64,000 nt of DNA, from contig NC_068986.1 in assembly GCF_001194135.2 (NCBI RefSeq), positions 40,290,304 through 40,354,303 on the forward strand, given 5' to 3'. The position numbers and the translations under genes are program-made. This DNA is from Octopus bimaculoides (taxonomy: Eukaryota). The notes under the pieces are model-generated. The model was not told the DNA's origin, ran no database searches, and saw only the letters and a list, made by a program, of their open reading frames with translations. How positions within the stretch are numbered: the stretch's first letter is position 1; each line of letters opens with the position of its first letter. Positions 12,421 through 23,744 of the stretch are shown here, one piece after another.

Positions 12421-13690
12421 ATTTGTCTAAATATCCTAACAGTATAGGCATCATTAATAATAAAATTAATCATCTCCTTTAATCAATCCTATTCTTGGAT
12501 AAAAAAATAGCCACCATTTTTAATGGAAACATATTTATAACCCTGACCAAACACTATATCAAATATTGTAAATAAACTCTCTTATCCTATTTTCAAATCT
12601 TGATTTGTATACAGTATCGTGAACTCACTCATGTGCATAGTTTGAACTGCATTAACCTTTTGGAGCTTATCTAAAATCTCCTTAGTGGACCTAATACTTC
12701 AGAATAAGTTAACATCCAAATAATAAAGGCAAAAATCCTTTGCAGTATCTCATAAAGGCCAATCTAATAACATTTGATGCATCATTAACTAAGATACCTG
12801 TTTATTGGTACATTTTCTAGTTCCTACAATAAATTTACACTTATAGGGACCATATGTAGTTTTAGTATAACTTTGTCTTTTTCCTCTTCTCTGAAACCAC
12901 TCAACCTTTCCACTTCAGATATTAATTTCCTTATTAAACCATTTATACTCTCAGTGACCATCATACAAATACTATTAGCTTTAAAGTTAAAATCACTCTC
13001 TAACCCTGTGTCATCTTCTAGCATCATTAGAAAGTATTTCTTACATATAATCACAAAATTTCCTGCTGCTTTATCTACTGGTACTATAATATATTTTTCT
13101 TCTAATCATCATCATCATCATCATCGCCATTTAACGTCCGCTTTCCATGTTAGCATGGGTTGGATGATTTGACTGAGGACTGGTGGACCAGGAGGCGACA
13201 CCAGGCTCCAATCTGATTTGGCAGAGTTTCTACAGCTGGATGCCCTTCCTAACGCCAACCACTCCGAGAGTGTAGTGGGTGCTTTTACGTGCCACTGGCA
13301 CAAGGGCCAGTCAGGCGGTACTGGCGACAGCCACACTCAAAATGGTGTATTTTACGTGCCACCTGCACAGGAGCCAGTCCATCAGCACTGGCAATGATCT
13401 TGCTTGAATGTTTTTTCTTCTAATATATCAATATATTTCTTTACCTTCTGCTTATTAAAATCTGATTTCTCTTCTGTCATCCAATCTATATTTCTAATTT
13501 GTTACTACAACAAACCATTTTTAATAGTTCAATTATCAAAAGCTTTCTCCTTAACTTAGTATTTAAGACTTAACTATAAAAGTGCCAATTAATTTGAAGA
13601 TTACTTACTCCAGTTTATAGCTATTTATCCAACCAGACTCCTTGTATCTAGTATCCATCCTCATTAGCCTTCTGAAATCTTCATTCAACC
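12421..13690 (-). pseudogene. Penelope-like element (Neptune-type) reverse transcriptase, decayed fragment
   Basis: Manual minus-strand translation after removing the nested SINE: KQKVKKYIDILEEKYIIVPVDKAAGNFVIICKKYFL; ILKLHMVP then frameshift YKCKFIVGTRKCTNKQVS; NLF*SIRSTKEILDKL...EFTILYTN; LKEMINFIINDAYTVRIFRQ. These match, in order, the PLE RT motifs as I recall them: DKAxNN, PKLHK-P-K-RFI, FWxIxNS, DFxTLYT, FRQ. Confidence 0.8.
13107..13411 (-). mobile_element. SINE family F (RTE-type tail ending (GAT)n), 5'-truncated, with 13-bp TSD
   Basis: TSD tttttcttctaat at 13094-13106 and 13412-13424; minus strand has gttggcgttaggaagggcatccagc and ccaacccatgctaacatggaaagcggacgttaa. Confidence 0.92.
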
Positions 13691-13873
13691 ATTTGGCCTA
13701 AATATTTAACCTGTTCCAGATTCAGCCCCTCACACCTACCTTACAATGTCATTCTAAAAATATACAATCACATCATTGAAATTTCAAAGCTACAAGATAA
13801 TACATGATTAATTGAAAACAATGAATAAATAAGCATTATATTTGACAGAATAATCTGAATGCTAAAGGGTTAA
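13690..13873. mobile_element. TTAA-ended (piggyBac-type) MITE, left end degraded
   Basis: Ends tctgaatgctaaagggTTAA; internal sequence shared with 40874-41046 and 17812-17853. Confidence 0.7.
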
Positions 13874-14731
13874 GACAACATTTAAATCATTCATATGCGT
13901 ATGTTCCACCTCAAGATAGTGAAATTCTTATTTAGTACAATTGCACATACCTAGACAAATCTGTAGACTTTTGAGCCTATGTTAGACTAAAATTTATTAT
14001 AATTGTACAACCTTCGTTTATATCTAATACTTTTATTCTTATTCTTAACATACATCATGTGTATGTGTGTGTGTGTGAGAGAGGGGGGGAGAGCTCTCTA
14101 TCTTTTATATTTATTATCCCCTGATGTATGCAGATGTGTGCATGTCATTCAGTTCAACATTAAACTAGTAATAAATACATTTTTGTGTGGTGATTTTTGT
14201 TGCCAAATTTTGAAGCAAAGAATGAAAACCAGTAGAACATGTGATTGCCAAATTAAACAAAATGTCTCTCTCTCTCTCTCTCTTGTTTTTTTTTTTTTTC
14301 TCCTATCAGCTTCATTACTAATCAAGTTGGATTTTTAACATACTTGTTGAACACACCTGCAGGCTATGATTTGATCCTGTCTTTTTCTAGTTTTTGACCT
14401 CTGAGTAAGAAAGACTTAATACAGAGGTGTGCCAAAAACATTAGGCTTCATCAACAGTTGTTATATTGCTGGCGTTTTTTTTTATTAACCTTTTTTGAAG
14501 CCACCCCACCTGACACCACCCCTGGCTCTATGATATATACTTCTAATTTTAAAGTGATCTAAATTGTGACCCTCCAGCAAAATTTCATGGTAATTTACGT
14601 TTCTGACAACAGTTTAATTTTTCTTTAAACTGTTTCAGCTTTAAAACTGTGGCCATGCTGGGACACCAAGGAGAAAGCTATTTTATTAAATTCTCCATCA
14701 TGTTTTAAATGAATTGGAAGAAATAAAAACA

Positions 14732-14874
14732 AGCATGGCTATGTGGTAAGAGGTTTGCTTCTCAACCACATGGTTTTGGGTTCAGTCCCACTCTATGGCA
14801 CCTTAAGCAAAGTGTCTTCTACTATAGTCTTGGGTTGACCATGGAATTGGTAGACAAAAACTGCAAGAAACCTG

Positions 14875-14932
<58 letters not shown>

Positions 14933-15140
14933 ATGAGTGTTTGTTTGTCCCCCACTACCACTTGACAACTGGTGTTGGTGTGTTTACGTCCCAGTAACCT
15001 AGTGGTTTGGCAAAAGAGACCAATAAAATAAGTACCAGGCTTGAAAAAATAAATGCTTGGGTTGATTCATTCGACTAAAAGGTTTTCAATGTTTGCTCCA
15101 TCATGGCCACAGTCTAATAACTTAATATGAAAATAAAAAA
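14732..15140 (+). mobile_element. SINE family A, full length
   Basis: Head catggctatgtggtaag, CORE-like body, internal (TA)n(TG)n, tail ccatcatggccacagtc. Confidence 0.88.
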
Positions 15141-15190
15141 AAGATATTACATATCCATAAGTTTATAACAAAAAGAGATAAACAGCAAAT

Positions 15191-15426
15191 TTATGAAACC
15201 AAGGGTTTGTTTTTCTTGCCTGTTGCTTTTTTCTTTTGTTTCTCAAGTTTTTCAAAGCCATCTGCATTATCTCTTGTAGCATCTGTCTATATAATAAATG
15301 AGGTTGTAGTCTTAGTTTATATGATTGGTTTATAATAGTGGAGTACGTCAACAACCAATCATTTTAGATCTATGCAGAAATTTACCTTTTAGTCTGTTAT
15401 TAATGATAAGTGTCTCAATTGCAATT
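15191..15426 (-). CDS. Candidate terminal exon pair (15386-15426, 15191-15282), product unknown
   Basis: TAG acceptor, AAG/GTAAAT donor and CAG acceptor are phase-consistent: IAIETLIINNRLKDATRDNADGFEKLEKQKKKATGKKNKPLVS*. The Lys-rich stretch could simply mirror a plus-strand polypyrimidine tract. Confidence 0.2.
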
Positions 15427-15708
15427 CTAACCCAAGTGGACAATAATCAGCCTAGTAGAAGGAACTATCAGATCTAGTTGGACATGAACTCGTGTTTTCA
15501 AGGCAGTAACATTATTCAGATGGTACTAACATTTTGAGTTGATCTGATCTCATCATGTTTTGTGTCATTTGCTTTCAAATGAAGATCTGTAATGTTTATC
15601 ATTATTTTATGTTTTATAAAGCTACTGTGTTTATGAGATTAATATGAATTGTTTAAGATCAAGTTCTTTTAGATGTAATTCAAAAATGTCTTGGAACAAA
15701 CATAAAGG

Positions 15709-17377
15709 TCAAATGTAATAAATAATATCAAAGTTTATATAATATCATGTACACAAATTATATAAATGATAGCCTTAAATCATCAGACTCCAAACTGCCA
15801 AAATTTAAAGAAGACAAAAGTTTAAATATCTTAAATAGTTATATAAATTGTAGAAAGTATTCTAAAATTTATGATGGCAATACAAACATTAATCAGTGAC
15901 TTGGAAACATTTAATTTATTCAGCATATTTGCAGTTGCTCAAACACACACCTCTCAAATTGCTCTTTTACATTTGCACGGAAAATTTTGTATGGGAACCT
16001 TCTTACATGAAGACTGAAAACTTACTTTGCAAAAATTGTGTAGTCAAAACTGTGATGAGTTTCATATCTTTCTCAGTGTATCTGTGAATACATGGATATT
16101 GCTCAGGGTCATTGACTCAAGAACTGTGTTCCAAACGTATGCTTTTTTTGAGATGCTGGTTCAAGGCATCGCTTGTTAGGGGTATTCTCTCCATTTCTTC
16201 AACTTCTAAAGATTGACATTGGCATGATCAGTGCAAAAATTCCTTAGTATATAGGCTAAAGACAAACTGTATAACAACTGTTTTTGGTTGTGGTGATATA
16301 TACAGAGTGTCAGTAGTAGCTACAGATTCTTCAAATTCTTTAATAAGATGTATATTTGTGTCTTTCATCTTAAAATTGTATCATTTACCTTTAAACTTGA
16401 AAGCTGATGTGCTGTGTTATCCAGAGAAAGCATGAAAGAGATTCATTGCTTTACAGGTTGTCTTAAATATGTGACAATATGATTAAGAAAGGTCATTTTG
16501 GTTTCTTCCAGTTTTGGATGAAATCCAAATTTCTTTTTCTGAGTGATAATCTGGTGTAATTCATTCAGAAATGTTACATCATCTGAGTCTTTGATGTGAA
16601 CCATACCAAGAGATGAATATTAGAAGACTTGAATAACATGATTACATTATTTGGTTGGAGTGCCATTTCCTGTATAGAGTATTTGATCACCCAAAATTAT
16701 ATAGACATATTTATTATCATGGAACTGAATTTCCATAAGTTTTACTGAGAGAAATGAAAGCAACTTAGTTGCCAAAAAGTTAAGTCAATTTCCTGGGATC
16801 TTGGTTCTACCAGACATGTTTTCATGTAATAATTTTCTTTTCTCTTCTGCCGTCTTTGACTGTCAGCATGTGATACTTATTCCAGACAGTATCTACACTT
16901 ACTGTCATTTTCAAATCCTGCTGGATTTCGGGATAGATAACTTTTATAAAATATTCGTTAAAAGTCTTTCTCGGAAAACACTTGTCCCAAACAGAGTGTG
17001 AAACAATGTGTCACCATTGATAATAATGAACTGATAATTATTATTTGGGACCACTAATACTTCAGTTCTAGCTGTGTTATTGGTTGGATGATGATAAGTT
17101 TTGCATAATGCATGCCAACACATATCTGCAACATGATATTAAGGTGCACCTCCTTCATCATTATCTTAAATTGCTTGTTTTTATCAATTGCTCTACAACA
17201 GAATCAGTTAGATTTCAGCATGCTAGCATGGTTGAGTTTTTAGTGATAACAGTTACTCCAACAACTCCTTTTAATTTTTAAAATCTTGGCTGTTTGGAGT
17301 CTGATGATTTAGGGGTGTGGTCTTCATAACTGATGTATATAATATAATTTATAAACATTGCTTGATATTACATTTGA
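15709..17377 (-). mobile_element. Academ (AcademX, XPG/FEN-like nuclease) DNA transposon, internally deleted and decayed
   Basis: Minus-strand translation: IIINGDTLFHTL; KTFNEYFIKVIYPEIQQDLKMTVSVDTVWNKY; TKIPGN*LNFL; CNH; LFHAFSG*HSTSAFKFKGK; EMERIPLTSDALNQHLKK; SCKK..PCKCKRA (Cys cluster). Inverted ends: 15776-15806 vs 17281-17311 (29/31) and 15709-15720 vs 17366-17377 (12/12). Confidence 0.72.
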
Positions 17378-17391
17378 TACAGTAAAAATAA

Positions 17392-17799
17392 TACTCTTTA
17401 CTCTTTAACGTGTTTCAGTCATTTGATTGCGGCCATGCTGGAGCACTGCCTTTAGTCAAGCAAATCGACCCCAGAACTTGTTCTTTGTAAGCCTAGTACT
17501 TATTCTATCGGTCTCTTTTTTGCCGAACCGTTAAGTTACGGGGACGTAAACATACCAGCATTAGTTGTCAAGCGATGTTGGGAAGGACAAACACAGATAC
17601 ACAAACACACACACACACACACATATATATACATACATACGACAGGCTTCTTTTAGTTTCCATCTACCAAATCCACTCACAAGGCTTTGGTTGGCCTGAA
17701 GCTATAGTAGAAGACACTTGCCCAAGGACACAGTGGGACCGAACCTGGAGCCATGTGGTTGGGAAGCAAGCTACTTACCACACAGCCACTCCTGCGCCT
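17392..17799 (-). mobile_element. SINE family A, fairly young full-length copy
   Basis: Minus strand starts aggcgcaggagtggctgtgtggtaagtagc and ends ...gactgaaacacgttaaagagtaaagagta. Confidence 0.92.
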
Positions 17800-17811
17800 A
17801 TAATGTAAATA

Positions 17812-17853
17812 GACATTACATTTGACTGAGAAATCCATATGTTAAAGGGTTAA
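17812..17853. mobile_element. Terminal fragment of the TTAA MITE family
   Basis: cattacatttgactgagaaatccatatgttaaagggttaa matches the right end of 13690-13873. Confidence 0.55.
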
Positions 17854-18301
17854 AGTCATACCCCCTCCCCTGCCCGACAACAGCACCCCTACTATAATGG
17901 TACTCCTTGGCATCGTTATATTTTTCCTTATATCTATCTCTGGAATTGAGTAATCAGTGTAATAATTTCTGACTTTCTCTGACAGTTTGTCTGCTTAACA
18001 GAAAAAATAAAAAAAGCTCATTCGAAGATCTTGTACTTGTTTTGAATTAAGAATTTGGCAATAATTAAATTTCTAATTAAAATAGCTGAAACTGTAATTA
18101 ATTAGTTGGAAACATCTTTCTGAAGGATAAATTGATTTAAAATTTTATCTTGAAACTTTTCTCATAATATTCTACAATCTAGGGTAGGTTATTAAAATTT
18201 AAAATACTATATTAACAGAATGTTATTGAAAACTTGCATGAAATCAATTTCTTTATAATTATAAAACTGGGAAATTTATCAAACACACTTCTTTTCCCTT
18301 A

Positions 18302-18302
<1 letters not shown>

Positions 18303-18365
<63 letters not shown>
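18303..18365. repeat. (ATT)21 microsatellite
   Basis: Read directly. Confidence 0.98.
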
Positions 18366-18370
<5 letters not shown>

Positions 18371-18676
18371 TGTTGTTGTTTGTTGACTCTTCACCTAATG
18401 AATTCTTATGAATTTATTTTGATTATGTTTTCTAATAAACTGTAATTAAAAAAAGTGAGTAAATAATGTTAATATTTCTTATTACTTATAAATAAGCTTT
18501 ACCTTCTTATTTTACTTTTAATAATTGTAATTTTATATCCATAACGAAAAAGAAAAGAAAAAGAAAAATTGTCTAGTTTTTGTTAATACTGAAATTTTTT
18601 TGGTTAATGAATGTTTCTTTGAACTTTACTACGTTTCACCTATGGGTTGTTTTTGTTTTGTTTCGTCTGTTTTTAA

Positions 18677-19045
18677 TAGGTGCAGGTATGGCTACATGGT
18701 TAAGAGGCTGACTTTGCAACCACATGGATTTGGGTTCAGTCCCACTTTGTGGCCCTTTGGGCAACTGTCTGTGCCTTATGAATGAATCTGGTAGACAAAC
18801 ACTGTGGAAGCCTGTCACATAGATGTGTGTGTTTTGGGTCTTTGTGCCTGTGTTTGTTACCCACCCACTACCACCATTTGGCAACCACTGTTGGTTTATT
18901 TATGTCCCCATGACAGTGGTTTGATAAAATAGACTGATAGAATAAGAACCAGACAAAAAAAAGTATTGGTGTCAAATATTAGGTGGGTGTGAGGCTGCTA
19001 AAACCCTTCACAGCAGTGTCCCCAGCATGGCTGCAGTCCTAGCCA
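18677..19045 (+). mobile_element. SINE family A, older copy
   Basis: taggtgcaggtatggctacatggttaag head; gactgatagaataagaacc; cccagcatggctgcagtcc tail. Confidence 0.8.
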
Positions 19046-19369
19046 TTTTTTGTGAGTGTATGTTACATTCTTGGTGAGTTTTAAATGTCTTTAAAGGGAG
19101 GTTGAGTTTTAAGCACCTTATTCTTACATCTGTGTAAACAAAAACATTACTACAAAATGGTCTACTGTGAGAAGAAGTGTTATCTGCCAGATATGTAGCA
19201 ACGATGACCTTATTGACATCATACCAACTATGTGGGTACTATCTGGTTGATTACCCTTGCACACAAAAGCTGTGAAACCTCAATACTAGATGATAACTGA
19301 GATTTTGTTTTGCTTAGCTGTCTTCTAGTTTCAGATAGTGAACTAAACTTATAATTCTGTAAAAGTGTC

Positions 19370-19765
19370 TTTTTATCTTTTACTTGTTTCACGCGTTGGA
19401 CTGTGGCCATGCTGGGGTACTACCTTGATGGGTTTAGTTGAACAAATCAGCAACAGGACTTTTTTTTTAAAGTCCAGTGCTTATTCTATTTGTCTCTCTC
19501 TTGCCAAACTGCTAGGTTACAAGGATGTAAACAAACCAACGCTGGTGGTAGGGGACAAACATAAAAACAAACACAAACACACATATATAGACATATATAT
19601 AAGATGGGCTTCTTTCAGTTTCTATCCACCAAATCTACTCACAAGGCTTTGGGTGATCTGGGACTATAGTAGAAGACAATTATGCAAGATTCCACACAGT
19701 GGTTCTGAACCCCAAACCATGTGACTGGGAAGCAAATTTCTTACTATACAGTCATACCTGCACAT
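19370..19765 (-). mobile_element. SINE family A, older copy
   Basis: ttttacttgtttc...gactgtggccatgctgggg at left; aaccatgtgactgggaagc...tacagtcatacctgcac at right. Confidence 0.82.
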
Positions 19766-19844
19766 ATTCCCATAATTTTTATCCAAAGCTAAAGTCTTTG
19801 GCAGTGAGGGAGGTGGGCAAAAATTATCATTAAAAAAATATATT

Positions 19845-19985
19845 ATTATTATTATTTATTCAAGGCACTGCTTGGAATTGAACTCAGAATCTTTAGGTTA
19901 GTAGCCCACACTCTTAACTACGGAGATATAGTGTAATGGTTAAGAGTGTGGGCTACTAACCCTAAGATTCCAAAAGAATAAATAT
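19845..19985. repeat. Head-to-head inverted duplication of a short tRNA-like SINE head (32-bp stem hairpin)
   Basis: 19887-19918 is the reverse complement of 19939-19970 (31/32) with a 20-nt spacer. Confidence 0.9.
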
Positions 19986-20357
19986 TGTTAAATAATTCAG
20001 AGGAGGCAGGTTAGTGCCCCAAAACTTTTGCAAGAAGTTTTCCCAGACTTGTGAGGTTGCAGCAGGCCAGTATTCAGACTGGACATACAAAGGTCAATGC
20101 TTGATGGTTAGTTTGATGCTCACTGTTCAACGGTCAATGTTTGATGCTCAGTGTTTGATACTTGGTGTTCAATGGTCAGTATTAAAAGAAATGGGGTGCC
20201 TGGTATGAATGTTTGCCACAAAATGAACTCTACTAAAAAATACAAAGAACCAGCTGGTAGTGATATAGAGCATTGCTCACATAGAAGCCACAATTCATAG
20301 TACTTCATAAACGATAGAGGACTGTCTCTTTTGATGTACTTATACTATATTCTTGGT

Positions 20358-20727
20358 GGAGGCGCAATGGCCCAGTGGTTAGACAGCGGACTCGTGGTCA
20401 TAGGATCGCGGTTTCGATTCCCAGACCAGGCATTATGAGTGTTTATTGAGCGAAAACACCTAAAATTCCACGAGGCTCCGGCAGGGGATGGTGGCGAACC
20501 CTGCTGGACTCTTTCTCTCACTCTTTCTTCCTATTTCTGTTGTACCTGTATTTTCAAAGGGCCAGCCTTGTCACACTCTATGTCATGCTGAATCTCCCCG
20601 AGAACTACGTTAAGGGTATACGTGTCTGTGGAGTGCTCAGCCACTTGCACGTTAATTTCACGAGCAGGCTGTTTCGTTGATCGGATCAACTGGAACCCTC
20701 GTTGTCGTAAGCGACAGAGTGTCAACC
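20358..20727 (+). mobile_element. SINE family B (ggaggcgcaatggcccagtggttag head), full length with TSD
   Basis: A box tggcccagtggttag, B box ggtttcgattccc; TSD actatattcttggt (20344-20357) / actgtattcttggt (20728-20741); closely similar to 35606-35998. Confidence 0.93.
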
Positions 20728-20847
20728 ACTGTATTCTTGGTAATAAATGGTTACTGAATTTTCCCAGTCTTTCAGTAAATTCTCTCCAGTCTTTTTAATA
20801 AAACACGAGTGACTTATTTTGGCTTTTAGCACAAGAATTTTGTATTG

Positions 20848-20957
20848 TTTACATGTTTCAGTCACTGGAATGAAGCCATGCTGCAGCATTGCCTTGAAGG
20901 GGTTAGTCAAACAATTCAACCCCAGTACTTATTTCTGAATCTGGTACTTGTTCTATC
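20848..20957 (-). mobile_element. SINE family A, 3' fragment
   Basis: tgtttcagtcactgg...gccatgctgcagcattgcc...ggtacttgttctatc. Confidence 0.7.
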
Positions 20958-20997
20958 CAATCTTTGAGCTATGCATTCTATTGAATAAGATTACTTC

Positions 20998-21155
20998 AAA
21001 GACCCTTCAGAAGAACCTCGTTTTGGCTGTTTATATTTGTAATCATGTTCTTTCGGTCATTACCCAAGATTCATAGCCATAGGTAAAGGTAGGCATGAAA
21101 ACTGAATTGAAGATAGCTAGTTTGGCATTTACACCTAGCTCCCTTCTTCTGAGAT
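20998..21155 (-). pseudogene. RTE-clade LINE ORF fragment (post-RT region)
   Basis: Translation LRRRELGVNAKLAIFNSVFMPTFTYGYESWVMTERT*LQI*TAKTRFF*RV matches the RTE motif K-L-x-I-F...P-x-L-T-Y-G-x-E-S-W...E-M-R-F-L-R; three in-frame stops. Confidence 0.8.
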
Positions 21156-21405
21156 AAAAATTGAAAAGCAGAGAGATAGGAAACAGCAGATCTAAAGATC
21201 AGAGGCTGGAGTGTATTGGAGAGTGATTTCATGCCAATCAGTTGGGTGGAAGTTTTCTCTTTTGAAATTATAATCGATGTAATTTCAGAAGGAAATGTTT
21301 TAATATTCTCTACTTACAGTGTGGATCTGATCCAATCATCGCTTGATTATGTTGACAGTATTACACAGAACCAACATAATCACATAGTAGCCATTATTTC
21401 TGTGT

Positions 21406-21457
<52 letters not shown>

Positions 21458-21720
21458 ATGCTTTTAAGCCTGTAAAATAAAAGGTTCGGTGCCAATTTGG
21501 CTGTTATATAGTATTAACCTCTCTTTAATATGTATCTATATAAGTAAAATAACTTACTACCAAATTCATAGGTTAGAATTTTTGAAAAAGTAATCTTGCA
21601 ATGGCTGGCAATTTACCAGTTGACACTTGGAAAAAGATTAATCTTTTAACTTTAGACAGTGTATAAACTGACAGGAGGTGTTCTATTATTGCCTTTCAGT
21701 ATAGCAGAAATTTAATGTAC

Positions 21721-21918
21721 CACTTCCTTGATTGGGTGTGAAGCATTTGCCAAGTAGTTAAATGTCTTGCCGCCTAGAGTCACAATATAATAATGACACT
21801 TTACCATGGATATTGAATGGAACAAATTTAACCTTGATTTCATTTTGTTTCATTCACCTACTTCATTTCTGCTACTTGTTGAATTATCTTCCATCAAAGT
21901 GTGCTGAATGCCATCGAA
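21721..21918 (-). CDS. Candidate exon pair (21858-21918, 21721-21773), product unknown
   Basis: AG/GT boundaries with an 84-nt intron give the in-frame peptide FDGIQHTLMEDNSTSSRNEVGGKTFNYLANASHPIKEV; splice signals only moderate; no homology recognised. Confidence 0.18.
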
Positions 21919-22785
21919 CTGTATTTATCTAGTAATACTAGCAGCTTTTCTCCTTTTTATTGACTTGATGCTATATTAAAGTAAAGGTTTCATGCAACTA
22001 GGTAGCTTTTCTTAAGTAATTTCTGTTTTCTCTTTCTTATTCTCACATACACTCTACATATTTACATGTACACACACACACACACTCTCTCTCTCTCTCT
22101 CTCTCATTCTTACATACTTCATATCTACATGCACACACACATTCTCTCTCATTCTCATACCTACTGCATATTTACATGCACACACAGCCACTCACAATGT
22201 CTTCAGAAATGTAGGTGAAGCATTTATTACGATGAACTTTATAAAACCATATGAGGACTCCACAGATAAATTATAAAAGTGCATTCAATTGATACATCAT
22301 AGATATAAGTATTATGATAAATAAGGATATAAAGAAATCAATGAAGTTAGTACACAAGTAAGCCATCTGAATGCGCAAGCATGCATGCTTACTTACACAT
22401 ATACAAACACACACACACTGATATTAGAATTTTTCTTTTGTAACACCCAACCTACTAAGTGGATGCTCGAGGCCTGTTTTATTGCTGCTTTTCTTTCTAC
22501 CTTCTTAGGAGTGTCTTCTCATAAAAATAAAAGCTTGGTACCAATAGATGAATGTTGCTGAACATGATGCATATCTAATTTGTCTATGCTGTTGTTTAGC
22601 TCTAGGCTAGCCCTGACTGAATAGATCTCTCAACCTAGGACTAACATTATCATGTGTGTGCCTGTCCCCATCCCCTGTTTAAAACTATTGTGTAACTTGA
22701 GGGGGACTTGGCTGGTATTTTTAGCATTTTGGCTCATTATACTACCTCTGTCGTTTAATTTGGAAGTTAGTGGAATAAATGTTAT

Positions 22786-23352
22786 CTTACCTTTTATACT
22801 TGTTTCAGTCATTAGACTGTGGCCATGCTGGGGCACTGCTTTGAAGAATTTTTAATTAAATGAATTAACCTTAGAACTTTTATTTTTCTAAGCCTGGTAT
22901 TTATTTTATCGCTCTCTTCTTGTTGACCCACTAAGCAATGGGCATGTAAACACGCCAACACTGGTTGTCAAGTGGTGGTGGTGGACAAACACAGACATAA
23001 AGACACACACACACACGTATATGGCTTCTATCTGCCTGCCAAACCCATTCACAAGGCTTTGGTTGGNNNNNNNNNNNNNNNNNNNNNNNNNNNNNNNNNN
23101 NNNNNNNNNNNNNNNNNNNNNNNNNNNNNNNNNNNNNNNNNNNNNNNNNNNNNNNNNNNNNNNNNNNNNNNNNNNNNNNNNNNNNNNNNNNNNNNNNNNN
23201 NNNNNNNNNNNNNNNNNNNNNNNNNNNNNNNNNNNNNNNNNNNNNNNNNNNNNNNNNNNNNNNCACACACACACACACACGTATATGGCCCCTTTCTGTC
23301 TACCAAATCCACAAGGCTTTGGTCAACCCAAGGCTTATAGCAGAAGATACTG
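22786..23352 (-). mobile_element. SINE family A sequence on both sides of gap 23067-23263
   Basis: 3' tail at 22786; central (CA)n; a similar but non-identical central segment resumes after the gap. Confidence 0.75.
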
Positions 23353-23501
23353 GCAGTTTTTGACTGGTAGTTATTTTATTAACCCTGAAAGGATGAAAGG
23401 CAAAACTGACCTTGGATGAATTTGAACTCAGAACATAAAGACAAGTGAAATGCTGCTTAGCATTTTGTCTGGCATGCTAAAGATTCTGCCAGTTTGCTAA
23501 C

Positions 23502-23536
<35 letters not shown>

Positions 23537-23744
23537 CCTTTCTACTAAAGGCACAAGGCCTGAAATTTTGGAGGAAGAAACTAGTTGATTACATCAACCC
23601 CAACGTTTCACCAGTATTCAATTTATTGACCCCCGAAAGCAAGAAAAGCAAAGTTGACCTCAGCGGAATTTGAACTCAAATGAAATAGCAACAGAAATAC
23701 TGCTAAGCATTTTGTCCAGCATGCTAACGATCCTGCCAATTGGA

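Noticed and set aside
14420-14530. Possible Tc1-like terminus tacagaggtgtgccaaaa
   Set aside because: No partner inverted end found nearby.
20358-20435. tRNA gene (also 35606, 43584, 47460-47533)
   Set aside because: A and B boxes are present, but each continues into a 200-400 bp repeated body with TSD or simple-repeat tail; no complete cloverleaf could be folded. These are SINE heads.
21319-21405. Plus-strand exon VDLIQSSLDYVDSITQNQHNH...
   Set aside because: Acceptor is good, but the donor is weak and falls at a (TG)n boundary; no linked exon; the minus reading has stops in all frames.
23000-23340. Apparent duplication across gap 23067-23263
   Set aside because: The two segments differ at many positions and both are family A interior; likely two copies or haplotype scaffolding, not informative.
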